Assembly: GCA_963667015.2 (NCBI GenBank)
Contig: CAXXJJ010000004.1
Coordinates: 2,016,001-2,080,000, forward strand
Origin: Desulfatiglandales bacterium
Lineage (GTDB): Bacteria; Desulfobacterota; DSM-4660; Desulfatiglandales; HGW-15
DNA: 64,000 nucleotides
Reading direction: 5' to 3'
This document shows positions 30,961 through 40,828 of this stretch, piece by piece. The notes beneath the pieces are model-generated. The model did not search any database. It had not been told where the DNA came from and saw nothing but the letters and a program-made list of their open reading frames with translations. A program made the position numbers and the translations under genes. The stretch's first letter is position 1, and each line of letters starts with the position of its first letter.

Positions 30961-32655
30961 TCACTTTTTTCTAATCAGGATATTGACCTCGGCTCCTCCT
31001 TCAGGATGGTTATGCCCATTAATGCTGCCTTTTAATCCTTCAACAATCTGTTTAACGATAGCCAAACCCAGCCCGGACCCCTCTTCCTTGGTAGTAAAGA
31101 AAGGGGAAAACATTTGATCCAGAGCCCTTTCAGAAAAACCTTTACCTGAATCCCTGACTGTGATTTCTGCCATATCTGTTTCTTCTCCTCCCTGGCTGTC
31201 AACTGTAACTGATTTTGTACCTATAAAGAGGATACCTTTTTCAGGCACAGCCTCTACAGCATTCAGCAGTATATTCCAGATTACCTGCCTGACCTGTTCC
31301 GGATCAGATACAATCTTTTCAATACTATCCAGATCTGTTTTTAACTCAATGTTTTTTTTCCATTTACCACTGTTTTTTAAAAGTTCAAGAGACTCAGTTA
31401 TCATCTGTTTAAGATTGAATTCACGGAGTTCAAGGGGCTTTGGCCTTGCATACTTTAAAAAATCATTTATCAGATGATTCAGCCTGTCAATCTCCCGCAG
31501 AATAATATCCATTAACCTTCTATTGACTTCATCAGTATCCATTCCTTCTCTAAGCATCTGGATCGATCCGCTTATTGATGCCATTGGATTTCTGATCTCA
31601 TGGGCAATACCGGCGGCCAGCTCTCCCACAAGTGCGAGTCCTTCGACCCTTTTCATCTCTTTTTCGATTTCCGTCATCTCGGTTACATCCTGAAACAGCA
31701 GAATATTACCCCTCTGGTCAGTATCAGGAATAATCAATGGAGACATAAAATACCTGAGTGAAAGTATCACTCCATTTTCATTCTGATATTTAATATCACT
31801 ATATTTTTGAGATATAGATGGGGTGATTGTATTATTTTCCCGGGTTTCTGAAAGATAACTGTCAATTATGGGAAGTATATCCGGAATCTTTTTCCCAATA
31901 ACTTCGTTACCTGCTAAACCGAATATTTTCTCGGAAGAAGGATTAAACAGTATTATTCGTTTCTGTTCGTCAATTGCTATCAATCCTGAGGTTATGCTGC
32001 TGATAATCCATTCATTTAAGGCCTCAAGCTTGGAAATATCATCTTCTTTTTCCTTAAGTTCCGCCCTGCTCTTCCTTGCCTGTTCTGATGGAAGGCTGCT
32101 TAGAAAGGCTACAATATAAAAGGCGGTAATATTTACAACTATGATATAAAAAATATTTGATGCCTGATACTGTGAGGATTGCTCCCAGCTGCTGCCAAGA
32201 GGTTGGATAATGTTATAATAATGCAGGTCAAGGAGCAGCCCGTACAGGATGCTGCAGCTGCTGGCGACTATCATCCCCCCTCTTCGATATAAGATAATAC
32301 TGGCATTGATGATGTTAAGTATATAAAGAAAGGAGAAGATACTACCTATTCCACCTGTTGAATATATTATGGCCGTAATAAAAAATGAATCTGCCAGCAG
32401 TTGAAAATACGCCTGCTTTGTGAGATTTTTTAATGTCGTAAAAAAAAGGATGTATATAAAGGTAAGAAAATAGACCGTAGCAATAAGAAAGTAATGGGTG
32501 GTCTGGATATCACCAAAATAGGTTTTTGCCTGCCTTGCCTGTATAAATACAGAAGCTCCCAGCAGTGCAGAGATAAACAGGAGCCTCAAAAGCATGAGCT
32601 TTTGAAGCCTCCCGGCCAGTTCGGTCTGACTGTTTTTCAGGTCAATATCGACCAT
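30961..32655 (-). CDS. pilS: PilS-type sensor histidine kinase (multi-TM, PAS)
   Basis: N-terminal TMs with TGG..S.FSFLY, PAS, AHEIRNP, DSGKG, PFFTTK..GSGLGL; directly after pilC. Confidence 0.8.
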   Translation of the reverse strand: MVDIDLKNSQTELAGRLQKLMLLRLLFISALLGASVFIQARQAKTYFGDIQTTHYFLIATVYFLTFIYILFFTTLKNLTKQAYFQLLADSFFITAIIYSTGGIGSIFSFLYILNIINASIILYRRGGMIVASSCSILYGLLLDLHYYNIIQPLGSSWEQSSQYQASNIFYIIVVNITAFYIVAFLSSLPSEQARKSRAELKEKEDDISKLEALNEWIISSITSGLIAIDEQKRIILFNPSSEKIFGLAGNEVIGKKIPDILPIIDSYLSETRENNTITPSISQKYSDIKYQNENGVILSLRYFMSPLIIPDTDQRGNILLFQDVTEMTEIEKEMKRVEGLALVGELAAGIAHEIRNPMASISGSIQMLREGMDTDEVNRRLMDIILREIDRLNHLINDFLKYARPKPLELREFNLKQMITESLELLKNSGKWKKNIELKTDLDSIEKIVSDPEQVRQVIWNILLNAVEAVPEKGILFIGTKSVTVDSQGGEETDMAEITVRDSGKGFSERALDQMFSPFFTTKEEGSGLGLAIVKQIVEGLKGSINGHNHPEGGAEVNILIRKK

Positions 32656-32664
32656 CGGAAAGTA

Positions 32665-33879
32665 CTAAGCGCCTACTGCTCCTGCCATTGAGAAGATAGG
32701 CAGGTACATTGCAACAACCAGCCCACCAATTGCACCACCAAGAAAGAGCATAAGGAGCGGTTCAAGCATCGATGTAAGCGCATCTACTGCTGCATCGACT
32801 TCTTTGTCATAGAAATCGGCAATTTTCTCAAGCATCGTGTCAAGTGCGCCGGTTGCCTCACCAACAGATATCATCTGTATAACCATACCAGGAAAGACAT
32901 CATTTTCAGACAAGGGTTCTGCTATGGTCTGACCTTCAGCGATACTGCCTCTTACCTCAAGAACTATCTCTTCAATAACAACATTTCCTGCTGTTTTGGC
33001 GACAATTTCCAGGGAATCAAGAATCGGCACACCGCTTGAAAGCATGGTGCCAAGGGTTCTGGTAAATCTGGCAACAGCCGTTTTTTTAAGAAGATCACCA
33101 AAAACAGGCAGTTTAAGGGCAACAGTATCTGTGGTTTTTCTGCCTCCCTTGGTATTCCTGTATTGTTTAAAAACAAATGAAAAAGCAATAATACCCAGGA
33201 TAACATAGACAATATTGCTTTTCATAAAATCACTCATATTAACGACAATTTGTGTCGGAGCAGGTAAGGCTGATCCAAAACTTGCAAACATGTCCTGGAA
33301 TACAGGGATAACAAAGATCAGAATTACGGCAATAACGATAAAAGCGATTATAACGACTACAATTGGGTATGTCATTGCGCCTTTTATTTTCGATTTTAAT
33401 TCTTCTGCTTTTTCAATAAAGGTAGCAAGACGCTGCAGAATAGTATCTAAAATACCGCCCACTTCACCTGCTGCAATAAGGTTCACAAAAAGTTCATTGA
33501 AAACCTTTGGATGCTTTTTCATTGCCTCAGCGAGTGTAGATCCACCTTCGACATCCTTTGTAATCTGTTTTAAAATCCCCTTAAAGGTGGGGTTTTCAGC
33601 CTGATCCGCCAGGATATTCAAACCCTGGACCAGTGGAAGACCGGCATCTATCATCGTTGAAAACTGCCGTGTAAAAATAACGATATCCTTATTTGTGACC
33701 TTGGGCTGCATGAAAGAAACATTTGCAAAAAGATCCTTCGGTTTTGGCTTTAATTTTAAAACCTTGAGATTCCTTTTTCTTAATTGAGCACGGGCTATCT
33801 GCTCGGTAGCAGCTTCCAATTCACCCTTGAGTTTTCTTCCTTTTTTTGTTTCCGCTACCCATACATACATTTGGGGCAT
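32665..33879 (-). CDS. pilC: Type IV pilus inner-membrane platform protein (GspF family)
   Basis: FTRQFSTMIDAGLPL, GEVGG.L, AMTYP, GEATGALD.ML, AMYLPIF. Confidence 0.95.
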   Translation of the reverse strand: MPQMYVWVAETKKGRKLKGELEAATEQIARAQLRKRNLKVLKLKPKPKDLFANVSFMQPKVTNKDIVIFTRQFSTMIDAGLPLVQGLNILADQAENPTFKGILKQITKDVEGGSTLAEAMKKHPKVFNELFVNLIAAGEVGGILDTILQRLATFIEKAEELKSKIKGAMTYPIVVVIIAFIVIAVILIFVIPVFQDMFASFGSALPAPTQIVVNMSDFMKSNIVYVILGIIAFSFVFKQYRNTKGGRKTTDTVALKLPVFGDLLKKTAVARFTRTLGTMLSSGVPILDSLEIVAKTAGNVVIEEIVLEVRGSIAEGQTIAEPLSENDVFPGMVIQMISVGEATGALDTMLEKIADFYDKEVDAAVDALTSMLEPLLMLFLGGAIGGLVVAMYLPIFSMAGAVGA

Positions 33880-34146
33880 AAAAAGATCTCCTGTTATTAT
33901 TCATCAAAAAAAGAAATAATCTGATATGGCTTAAATAAAAATTATGCAGGTTAATCTAAATTTATCTGATATTAATTAATTTTATATACCATGTCAAGTA
34001 TTCTCAATGCGTTACAGAATCTTATATAATAGTATCGTCATTCCGGTTTGAATACTTAAAATTTAATCTTGACAAACTTATTTTAAAAAGTTTTATACTT
34101 AATAAATTTTATTTTTTTAATAAACTAAGTTAATGGAGGATCTATT

Positions 34147-34359
34147 GTGAGTGAAATAACCGCACCCATGGGAGGAAAAGTTTTAGAGATAAAAGTCAAA
34201 CCCGGAGATTCTGTGAGTGAAGACGATGAGGTATTGATCCTTGAAGCAATGAAGATGGAATTACCTGTTGTTGCTCCTGCTTCAGGAACCGTAAAAGAAG
34301 TAAAATGCAGTAATGGTGATACCGTTGAGGCAGATGCCGTTCTGATTACACTGGAATAA
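34147..34359 (+). CDS. Stand-alone biotin carboxyl carrier protein
   Basis: ITAPMGG..EAMKME..APASG; SD GGAGG, GTG start. Confidence 0.93.
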   Translation: MSEITAPMGGKVLEIKVKPGDSVSEDDEVLILEAMKMELPVVAPASGTVKEVKCSNGDTVEADAVLITLE

Positions 34360-34388
34360 CAGAGTAAGCTCAGGCAGACGATTTCTAT

Positions 34389-34430
34389 AAAAAAAGAGCG
34401 CTATCCATTAAGGATAAGCGCTCTTTTTTT
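34389..34430. terminator. Bidirectional intrinsic terminator
   Basis: A7-GAGCGCT...AGCGCTC-T7 between convergent genes. Confidence 0.9.
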
Positions 34431-34457
34431 CTGATTATTTAAATACAGATAATATCT

Positions 34458-34916
34458 TTAGGCTTTTTTGGCTTCAGCCTTATTTACTGAAGAAGAAATA
34501 ATAGCTCCTGATACCTTCATTCCTATATACAATACTAATAACACTACAAATACAGCTATATACCGAAGAATCAGAGTACCCATTATCCAGGTCCAACTGT
34601 CCTTTGAAATAACTACCGTTATTCCCTCTGCAGTCGGTTCTTTTGAAATGATGATTGAATGCCAGTCCATACTCCCATCATCTTCAATGTAGGTTTCTTC
34701 TTCCCAATCCCGATACTTGATATTCTCAAAAGTGCTCAGTTTTTCTTGATAAAAAGCAATAACTTCATCATAGGAAAGGGGAGTTGTATAGGTAAACCTG
34801 CTGTCATCCTTGTTTACAGTCTGAGAATCCGGAACCACAGGGGCACCAAGAAAATCCTCTGCGAATGAAACAGCCGGCAGCAATATAAATAATAATACAA
34901 TAATATATTTTTTCAT
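34458..34916 (-). CDS. OadG/GcdD-like (gamma/delta) membrane subunit with extra exported N-terminal domain
   Basis: Signal peptide (..AVSFA), acidic ~85-aa domain, C-terminal TM with VFVVLLVL..M pattern; downstream of the decarboxylase beta subunit. Confidence 0.6.
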   Translation of the reverse strand: MKKYIIVLLFILLPAVSFAEDFLGAPVVPDSQTVNKDDSRFTYTTPLSYDEVIAFYQEKLSTFENIKYRDWEEETYIEDDGSMDWHSIIISKEPTAEGITVVISKDSWTWIMGTLILRYIAVFVVLLVLYIGMKVSGAIISSSVNKAEAKKA

Positions 34917-34946
34917 TTTTTCACCTTTTCTTACAATAAGTATTTT

Positions 34947-36092
34947 TTAGTCAAACATAGCTATGAACATGCCTGCGGCTGCCGCAGATCCTATTACACC
35001 GGCAAGATTGGGGCCTACTGCATGCATTAACAGAAAGTTTGTTTTATCGTACTTCATACCTTCCATCTGAGAGACACGGGCTGCCATCGGAACAGCTGAT
35101 ACACCTGCCGAACCAATAAGAGGATTTAATTTATCCTTCAGGAACAGGTTCATAATCTTTACTGTAACAATTCCACCAACAGTACACACGGCAAAATCAA
35201 TTAGACCAAGGCCAAATATAAACAATGGTTTCCAACTCAAAAATTTATCTGCATGCATGGTAGCCCCAACAGAAACTCCCAGGAAAATGGTCATTATATT
35301 CATCAGTGAGTTCTGTGCAGTATCTGAAAGCCTTGCAACAACACCGCTCTCTTTCATAAGATTACCCAGCATGAACATTCCCATCAAAGGAATAACAGCA
35401 GGCACGAGGAGTGCGATAATTCCGCATGTAACAAGGGGGAAAAGTATTTTTTCCTGCCTTGAAACTACCCTCAGTTGTTTCATTTTTATTTTCCGCTCTT
35501 TGTTATTTGTCATGAGCTTCATAATGATAGGCTGAATAAGGGGAACCATCGCCATGTAAGAATAGGCCGCAAGGGCATTTGCCCCCAGTAGCTGAGGAGC
35601 AAGATGCTGGGTAAGGTAGATTGTTGTTGGACCGTCAGCCCCACCTATAATACTTACTGATGCGGCTTCTTTAAGTGTAAAACCGGCCAGTACGGTACCT
35701 GTGAATGTTACAAATACACCAAGCTGGGCACCTGCACCAACAATAAGAGTTTTAGGATTGGCAATCAGCGGGCCAAAGTCCGTCATTGCACCAAGGCCTA
35801 AAAAGATTATACAGGGTATTACTTCCCATTGAAGACCATAATGATAAAAAACCTCCAGAAGATAGGGATGTCCTTCGGCTGTGTAACCCATCATTGGCAC
35901 AAGCGGAAAATTTACAACAAATATCCCGAATCCTATTGGAAGCAGAAGAAGCGGCTCATATTTTTTTGCAATAGCAAGATACATGAAAAGTGAGCCGATT
36001 GCCCACATGATAATAACGTTAAACTGAAAATTGAAGACCCCCGTTGTATGGAGGATTCCTCTTAGCAAATCTAAAATTTCATTGGCACTCAT
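34947..36092 (-). CDS. Na+-translocating decarboxylase beta subunit (OadB/GcdB/MmdB family)
   Basis: EPLLLLPIGFG, GAMTDFGPL, IIGGADGPT, AYSYMA, GVSAVPMAAR, GPNLAGVIGSA. Confidence 0.96.
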   Translation of the reverse strand: MSANEILDLLRGILHTTGVFNFQFNVIIMWAIGSLFMYLAIAKKYEPLLLLPIGFGIFVVNFPLVPMMGYTAEGHPYLLEVFYHYGLQWEVIPCIIFLGLGAMTDFGPLIANPKTLIVGAGAQLGVFVTFTGTVLAGFTLKEAASVSIIGGADGPTTIYLTQHLAPQLLGANALAAYSYMAMVPLIQPIIMKLMTNNKERKIKMKQLRVVSRQEKILFPLVTCGIIALLVPAVIPLMGMFMLGNLMKESGVVARLSDTAQNSLMNIMTIFLGVSVGATMHADKFLSWKPLFIFGLGLIDFAVCTVGGIVTVKIMNLFLKDKLNPLIGSAGVSAVPMAARVSQMEGMKYDKTNFLLMHAVGPNLAGVIGSAAAAGMFIAMFD

Positions 36093-36188
36093 ATATAAAC
36101 TCCTAGATACAATTATATTAAATTAAGTTATATTAATTTCCCCTTATAATTCTGGAATAATAAAATATTTTATATTACAAAAATGACT

Positions 36189-36206
36189 TTGTGTTTTTTT
36201 TCACAA
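36189..36206. promoter_or_regulatory. Candidate Rex/CRP-family palindrome
   Basis: TTGTG-N8-CACAA (TTGTGTTTTTTTTCACAA) in the divergent beta-subunit/tkt region. Confidence 0.35.
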
Positions 36207-36444
36207 ATTTTAAATAATATTAAAGATAGATCAAAAATGCCCAAGAATCAATAATTCTTTTACACAAAATATTTACATATAGTTATTATCGGATAAACAG
36301 TCTTGACAGATAACCATATTCTTATTAAATGCTTCAACTGGCATTGTAAAAAAGTATTTTAAAATAGATAATGCCAAGATATTGCAGGATGTGTAAGCAC
36401 CTGAAGAATCATATATTTATTATCGAAAAACAGGAGAGAAAACA

Positions 36445-38466
36445 ATGTCAAACGAGACCTTCTCGAAAAACAGTGAAATCGATTTAAAATGCATAAATAC
36501 AATCAGAACCCTTGCTATGGATGCTATACAAAAAGCCAACTCCGGCCATCCAGGCGCTCCCATGGGACTTGCGAGCGCTGCCTATGTCCTTTGGACCGGC
36601 ATTATGGAACATAATCCAACAAATCCTGATTGGTACAACAGAGACAGGTTCGTTCTATCAGGGGGTCACGCATCAATGCTTCTATACAGCCTTCTTCACC
36701 TCACAGGCTATGATCTTTCGCTTGATGATATAAAAAACTTTCGTCAATGGGGCAGTAAAACACCCGGGCATCCTGAATTCGGCCACACTCCGGGAGTCGA
36801 AACAACGACAGGGCCACTTGGCCAGGGTTTTACAAATGCCGTGGGAATGGCCCTTGCAGAAAGACATCTTGCATCTATTTATAACCGTCCCGGTTTTAAT
36901 ATAGTTGATCACTTTACATATGTGATGTGCGGAGACGGCGATTTAATGGAAGGTATAACGTCAGAAGCCGCCTCCTTTGCAGGACATATGGGACTTTCAA
37001 AATTAATATGTCTTTATGATGATAACGGTATCAGCATTGAAGGTAAAACAGACATTACCTTTACGGAAAATGTAGCAATGAGATTTGAGGCCTATAACTG
37101 GCATGTACAGGAAGTTTCGGATGGCAATGATTTACAGGCTATTTTTAATGCAATAACCAATGCAAAAAAAGAAAATGATAAGCCCTCAATCATCCTCTTA
37201 AAAACCCATATAGCATATGGAAGCCCAAATAAACAGGATACATCTGACGCCCATGGTGCACCTCTGGGTGAAGAGGAGGTTAAACTTACCAAGAAAAACC
37301 TTGGCTGCGATAACCTTGACGATTTTTGTATTATTGATGAAGTATCAGCTCATTTCAGCAAATGTATTGAAAGAGGAAAGGAAGCTGAATCATCATGGGA
37401 TAATACATACATTTCATACGGTAAAGAGTATCCCCATATCGCAGAAACCTTTTCAAAAGCTATGGCGAATAAAATTGATAGCGACTGGGAAGAGAATCTG
37501 CCTGATTTTACAGATTCCACCAGTGCAGTTGCAACAAGATCAGCTTCAGGCAAGGTACTCAATGCAATAGCAGAAAAGGTTCAGAATATTATAGGAGGTT
37601 CGGCAGACCTGGCACCATCAAATAACACTATCATAAATTCTTCCCATGATTGTCAGAAGGGAGCCTATGACGGCCGCAATATCAGGTTTGGTGTCAGGGA
37701 ACATGCCATGGGCGGCATTCTTACAGGGATGGCTCTCCACAAGGGGCTTATTCCTTATGGCGGCACTTTTCTTGTCTTCGCCGATTATATGAGGCCATCA
37801 ATAAGACTGGCAGCACTGATGAAACAGCCTGTCAAGTATGTATTTACTCATGACAGTATTGCTGTTGGAGAGGATGGCCCCACTCATCAGCCTGTTGAAC
37901 ACGTTGCAGGACTGAGATCTATTCCGGGCCTTATAGTTATACGTCCATGTGACGCAACAGAAACAGTCGAGGCATGGAAACTGGCTGTAAAAACAATAGA
38001 CAGACCTGTTGCCCTGATATTGAGCAGGCAGAAACTGCCTGTAATAGACAGGAATAAATTTGGCAAGGCCGACGGACTTTTAAAAGGAGCATATATAATT
38101 GCTGATTCTGACGGCACTCCGGATCTTATTATCATTGCAACCGGTTCAGAGGTATCTATATCTCTTGATGCCAGGAAAAGACTTATCGAGAAAGGTATCA
38201 GGACACGGGTAGTAAGTATGCCAAGCAAAGAACTTTTCAATGAATGCACGCAGGATTACAAAGATGCTATCCTTTCACCTGAAGTAAAAAACAGAATAAT
38301 AGTAGAAGCAGGCATCACAATGGGATGGGAAGGATATGCCGGAGAAAAGGGAATAATAATAGGCATAGACAAGTATGGAAGCTCTGCTCCGGGCGGAACA
38401 GTATTGAAAAACTACGGATTTACTGCTGACAATATTGTTGAAAAGGCTATGAAGCTGGTTAGTTAA
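36445..38466 (+). CDS. tkt: Transketolase
   Basis: [49 protein letters not shown]. Confidence 0.98.
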   Translation: MSNETFSKNSEIDLKCINTIRTLAMDAIQKANSGHPGAPMGLASAAYVLWTGIMEHNPTNPDWYNRDRFVLSGGHASMLLYSLLHLTGYDLSLDDIKNFRQWGSKTPGHPEFGHTPGVETTTGPLGQGFTNAVGMALAERHLASIYNRPGFNIVDHFTYVMCGDGDLMEGITSEAASFAGHMGLSKLICLYDDNGISIEGKTDITFTENVAMRFEAYNWHVQEVSDGNDLQAIFNAITNAKKENDKPSIILLKTHIAYGSPNKQDTSDAHGAPLGEEEVKLTKKNLGCDNLDDFCIIDEVSAHFSKCIERGKEAESSWDNTYISYGKEYPHIAETFSKAMANKIDSDWEENLPDFTDSTSAVATRSASGKVLNAIAEKVQNIIGGSADLAPSNNTIINSSHDCQKGAYDGRNIRFGVREHAMGGILTGMALHKGLIPYGGTFLVFADYMRPSIRLAALMKQPVKYVFTHDSIAVGEDGPTHQPVEHVAGLRSIPGLIVIRPCDATETVEAWKLAVKTIDRPVALILSRQKLPVIDRNKFGKADGLLKGAYIIADSDGTPDLIIIATGSEVSISLDARKRLIEKGIRTRVVSMPSKELFNECTQDYKDAILSPEVKNRIIVEAGITMGWEGYAGEKGIIIGIDKYGSSAPGGTVLKNYGFTADNIVEKAMKLVS

Positions 38467-38516
38467 AACCAAGGTTTATGGTTTAAGGTATCCGGTTAAT
38501 TCTTTAAAACAAAATC

Positions 38517-38547
38517 AAAAGCCCTGTCCTAAAGACAGGGCTTTTTT
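38517..38547. terminator. Intrinsic terminator of tkt (bidirectional)
   Basis: AAAA-GCCCTGTC-CTAAA-GACAGGGC-TTTTTT. Confidence 0.9.
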
Positions 38548-38577
38548 ATATCCCATTGGGATTTCAGATTTTCCTAT

Positions 38578-38656
38578 CAGCCTGCAGCCTTTACCCTGTT
38601 AAATCAGCAAAGCGGGTTGCGAAACAACATTTAACAGGGTGAAAAGCTTCAGCCTG
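38578..38656. repeat. Long imperfect inverted repeat (27/28-bp arms)
   Basis: CAGCCTGCAGCCTTTACCCTGTTAAAT ... ATTTAACAGGGTGAAAAGCTTCAGCCTG, with a 12-bp perfect core. Confidence 0.8.
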
Positions 38657-38660
38657 TTTT

Positions 38661-39116
38661 TTACTTTGACTTAACAACGAGAACCGCTGCCCCTTCCAGG
38701 GCTCTGATAACCTTAACACTTATATCACCCATAACAAATTCTTCAGCCTTTGACATTTTTTTCCGTCCGATAATAACCATGCTGGATTTTCGCTTGTTAG
38801 CCTGATCTATTATACCGTCGGCGATAGTCTCATACTGTTTGTTAACAAGTTCCATTTCTATCTTTTCGGGTAAAAAGCCGCTCTCAACAAGTTTATCCCT
38901 GGCGTTTTCAAGTATTTTTGTCAGCCTTGCAGGTTGATCGGCCGTAAATTTTTTCCCCATCAATACTTCACTGGATGAGGGTTTTCTAAAGAAATGCAGC
39001 AGAGAAATGGTCCATGTTTCAGGACACAGAGACATATGCGCTAAAAAATCAACTACTGCTCGCGAACTGACAGAGTCGTTTATTGCAACAAGTATTGAAT
39101 TATTTTGAGTTTCCAA
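38661..39116 (-). CDS. Universal stress protein domain protein
   Basis: ILVAINDS, MVIIGRKKMS..FVMGDISVKV; start placed at TTG 39116 after SD GGGAGG. Confidence 0.85.
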   Translation of the reverse strand: METQNNSILVAINDSVSSRAVVDFLAHMSLCPETWTISLLHFFRKPSSSEVLMGKKFTADQPARLTKILENARDKLVESGFLPEKIEMELVNKQYETIADGIIDQANKRKSSMVIIGRKKMSKAEEFVMGDISVKVIRALEGAAVLVVKSK

Positions 39117-39127
39117 GCTGGCCTCCC

Positions 39128-40042
39128 CTATGCACCGACAAAAGAGTACAGACAACGGTACAAATCTTCTATGATTTCATCGGTACTTTCATAAAACACC
39201 TCTGCTCCCCTGGAAAAATGAGTAAGCATATTATTTAAAGGAACAGGTATGTATTTATAAAATTTTCTAAGATTCATGAGCCGCCGTTTATTGAATATTG
39301 AGAAATCACTGTCATCAATTCTATTTATAAGATCACCGTATTTTTCAGTGTTGTTTTTTATCATGTCCAGATTATGAAAGCCTTTACCGACGGCATTCAG
39401 CAGGACATTCCCCATCCCGAATATATCAAGACTGAAGGGATTTTCAGGGCTGCTGTAGTCATAGTCAAAGTCTATCCATACATAGTTGCCCGTGTCTTCC
39501 TCCACTATAATATGATCATTTCGTATGTCTCCATGCTTATATCCGTTAATATGTAGAAAACGTATTGCCTCAAATGCCTTTGCAACCTGCCTCAGTATAT
39601 ACGGCAGCACTCCGAAAAAATATTCCTCATGCTCAATTTCATTCATTGATCCGATATATACAAAAAAATTAGGCCCCTTCACCGGGGTTATTATCCTCAT
39701 ATTATTTTCTTTTGAGTCGCGATGAACAGTACCATGCATAAAACCCGGATGCTCGGTTACAAGCTCTAATATCTCTCCTTCCTTATCAGGATTCCTGAAG
39801 CATGTTATAGGCACTCCACCCATCTTTGTTTCAAAAGATTCAAAAAATGAAAGTTTAATGATTTTCTTTTCACCTGTTTCCAGGTCAATTGCCCTCTTCA
39901 CCCAGAACTTGGGATCGTCAACACCAAACCTTCGTTCACGCTCATGACCTGTTATTTTGTATTTTCTATCATCAGCAATAATAATATCCCCATAATCGAT
40001 GGAGAAAAAATTAGTAGTATCTGTAATGATCCTTTCGTTCAT
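39128..40042 (-). CDS. Atypical soluble protein-kinase-like protein
   Basis: beta3 Lys (IIKL), alphaC Glu (KEGEIL), HGDIRNDH catalytic loop, IDFD, SPE, DIFGMG; no TM segment. Confidence 0.8.
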   Translation of the reverse strand: MNERIITDTTNFFSIDYGDIIIADDRKYKITGHERERRFGVDDPKFWVKRAIDLETGEKKIIKLSFFESFETKMGGVPITCFRNPDKEGEILELVTEHPGFMHGTVHRDSKENNMRIITPVKGPNFFVYIGSMNEIEHEEYFFGVLPYILRQVAKAFEAIRFLHINGYKHGDIRNDHIIVEEDTGNYVWIDFDYDYSSPENPFSLDIFGMGNVLLNAVGKGFHNLDMIKNNTEKYGDLINRIDDSDFSIFNKRRLMNLRKFYKYIPVPLNNMLTHFSRGAEVFYESTDEIIEDLYRCLYSFVGA

Positions 40043-40046
40043 ATTC

Positions 40047-40616
40047 CTATATCATGCTCTTGAGCGTTCTAGCAGGCAGGCTTTCTACTGCTGTATATAC
40101 CTTTTCAAGAAAATTTTTAAGGCCATAGTACTCGATTACAAGCCCCAGATGTTCAGCAAGGATCTTTAAAGCATCAATATCTTCTTCATTATATTTTTTC
40201 ATTTCACTGTTATATATCCTGATAACCCCTATTGACTCCTCCAGAAATAAAATAGGGATTGAAAGCATTGAAATAAGTCCTTCTTTTTTTGCAGCTTCAG
40301 GATAATGAACGCGGTTATCGGTGCCGAGATCTTCAATAAACATTGGTTCTCCTTTAACAAAGGCACAATATTTTTTATCCACAAGAAGAGGTCCTTTTGA
40401 AAGATATTCATCGCTGATTCCAAAACTGCTAACGGTAAAAAGCTGATTTTCAGTTTCATCAAAAAGCATTATAGAACAACCTTTTGCCTCAAATGTTCTG
40501 GTTGTGCCTTCTACAAGGTGATTAAGCAGAAGGTTCAAATCACCATAGGTAGACATAGCATGGCTGATAGCCTTAAATTCCTTCAAATAGAATTTTCTAA
40601 CAGGCTCTTTACTCAT
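40047..40616 (-). CDS. Stand-alone GAF-domain protein
   Basis: GCSIMLFD, SFGISDEYL, SMLSIPI..IGVIRIY, YNEEDI..L..LAEH. Confidence 0.88.
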   Translation of the reverse strand: MSKEPVRKFYLKEFKAISHAMSTYGDLNLLLNHLVEGTTRTFEAKGCSIMLFDETENQLFTVSSFGISDEYLSKGPLLVDKKYCAFVKGEPMFIEDLGTDNRVHYPEAAKKEGLISMLSIPILFLEESIGVIRIYNSEMKKYNEEDIDALKILAEHLGLVIEYYGLKNFLEKVYTAVESLPARTLKSMI

Positions 40617-40828
40617 TCTGTCATCTCCTTTGTCTGCGGATTTATGTGAGTTAAAGTATATACAAACTGCTCGACTATATTCAGTATATTAAAATAACTA
40701 AGTATATCATATAACAGCTTTCCATATGAAATAAATTATTGACCTGACTGTTTAAAGATTTTATAAAAACCTGATTCAACATCAGGGCAGTCGCCCCTGA
40801 AATTTAAAAAGGTTTCTCTATTAAAGGA

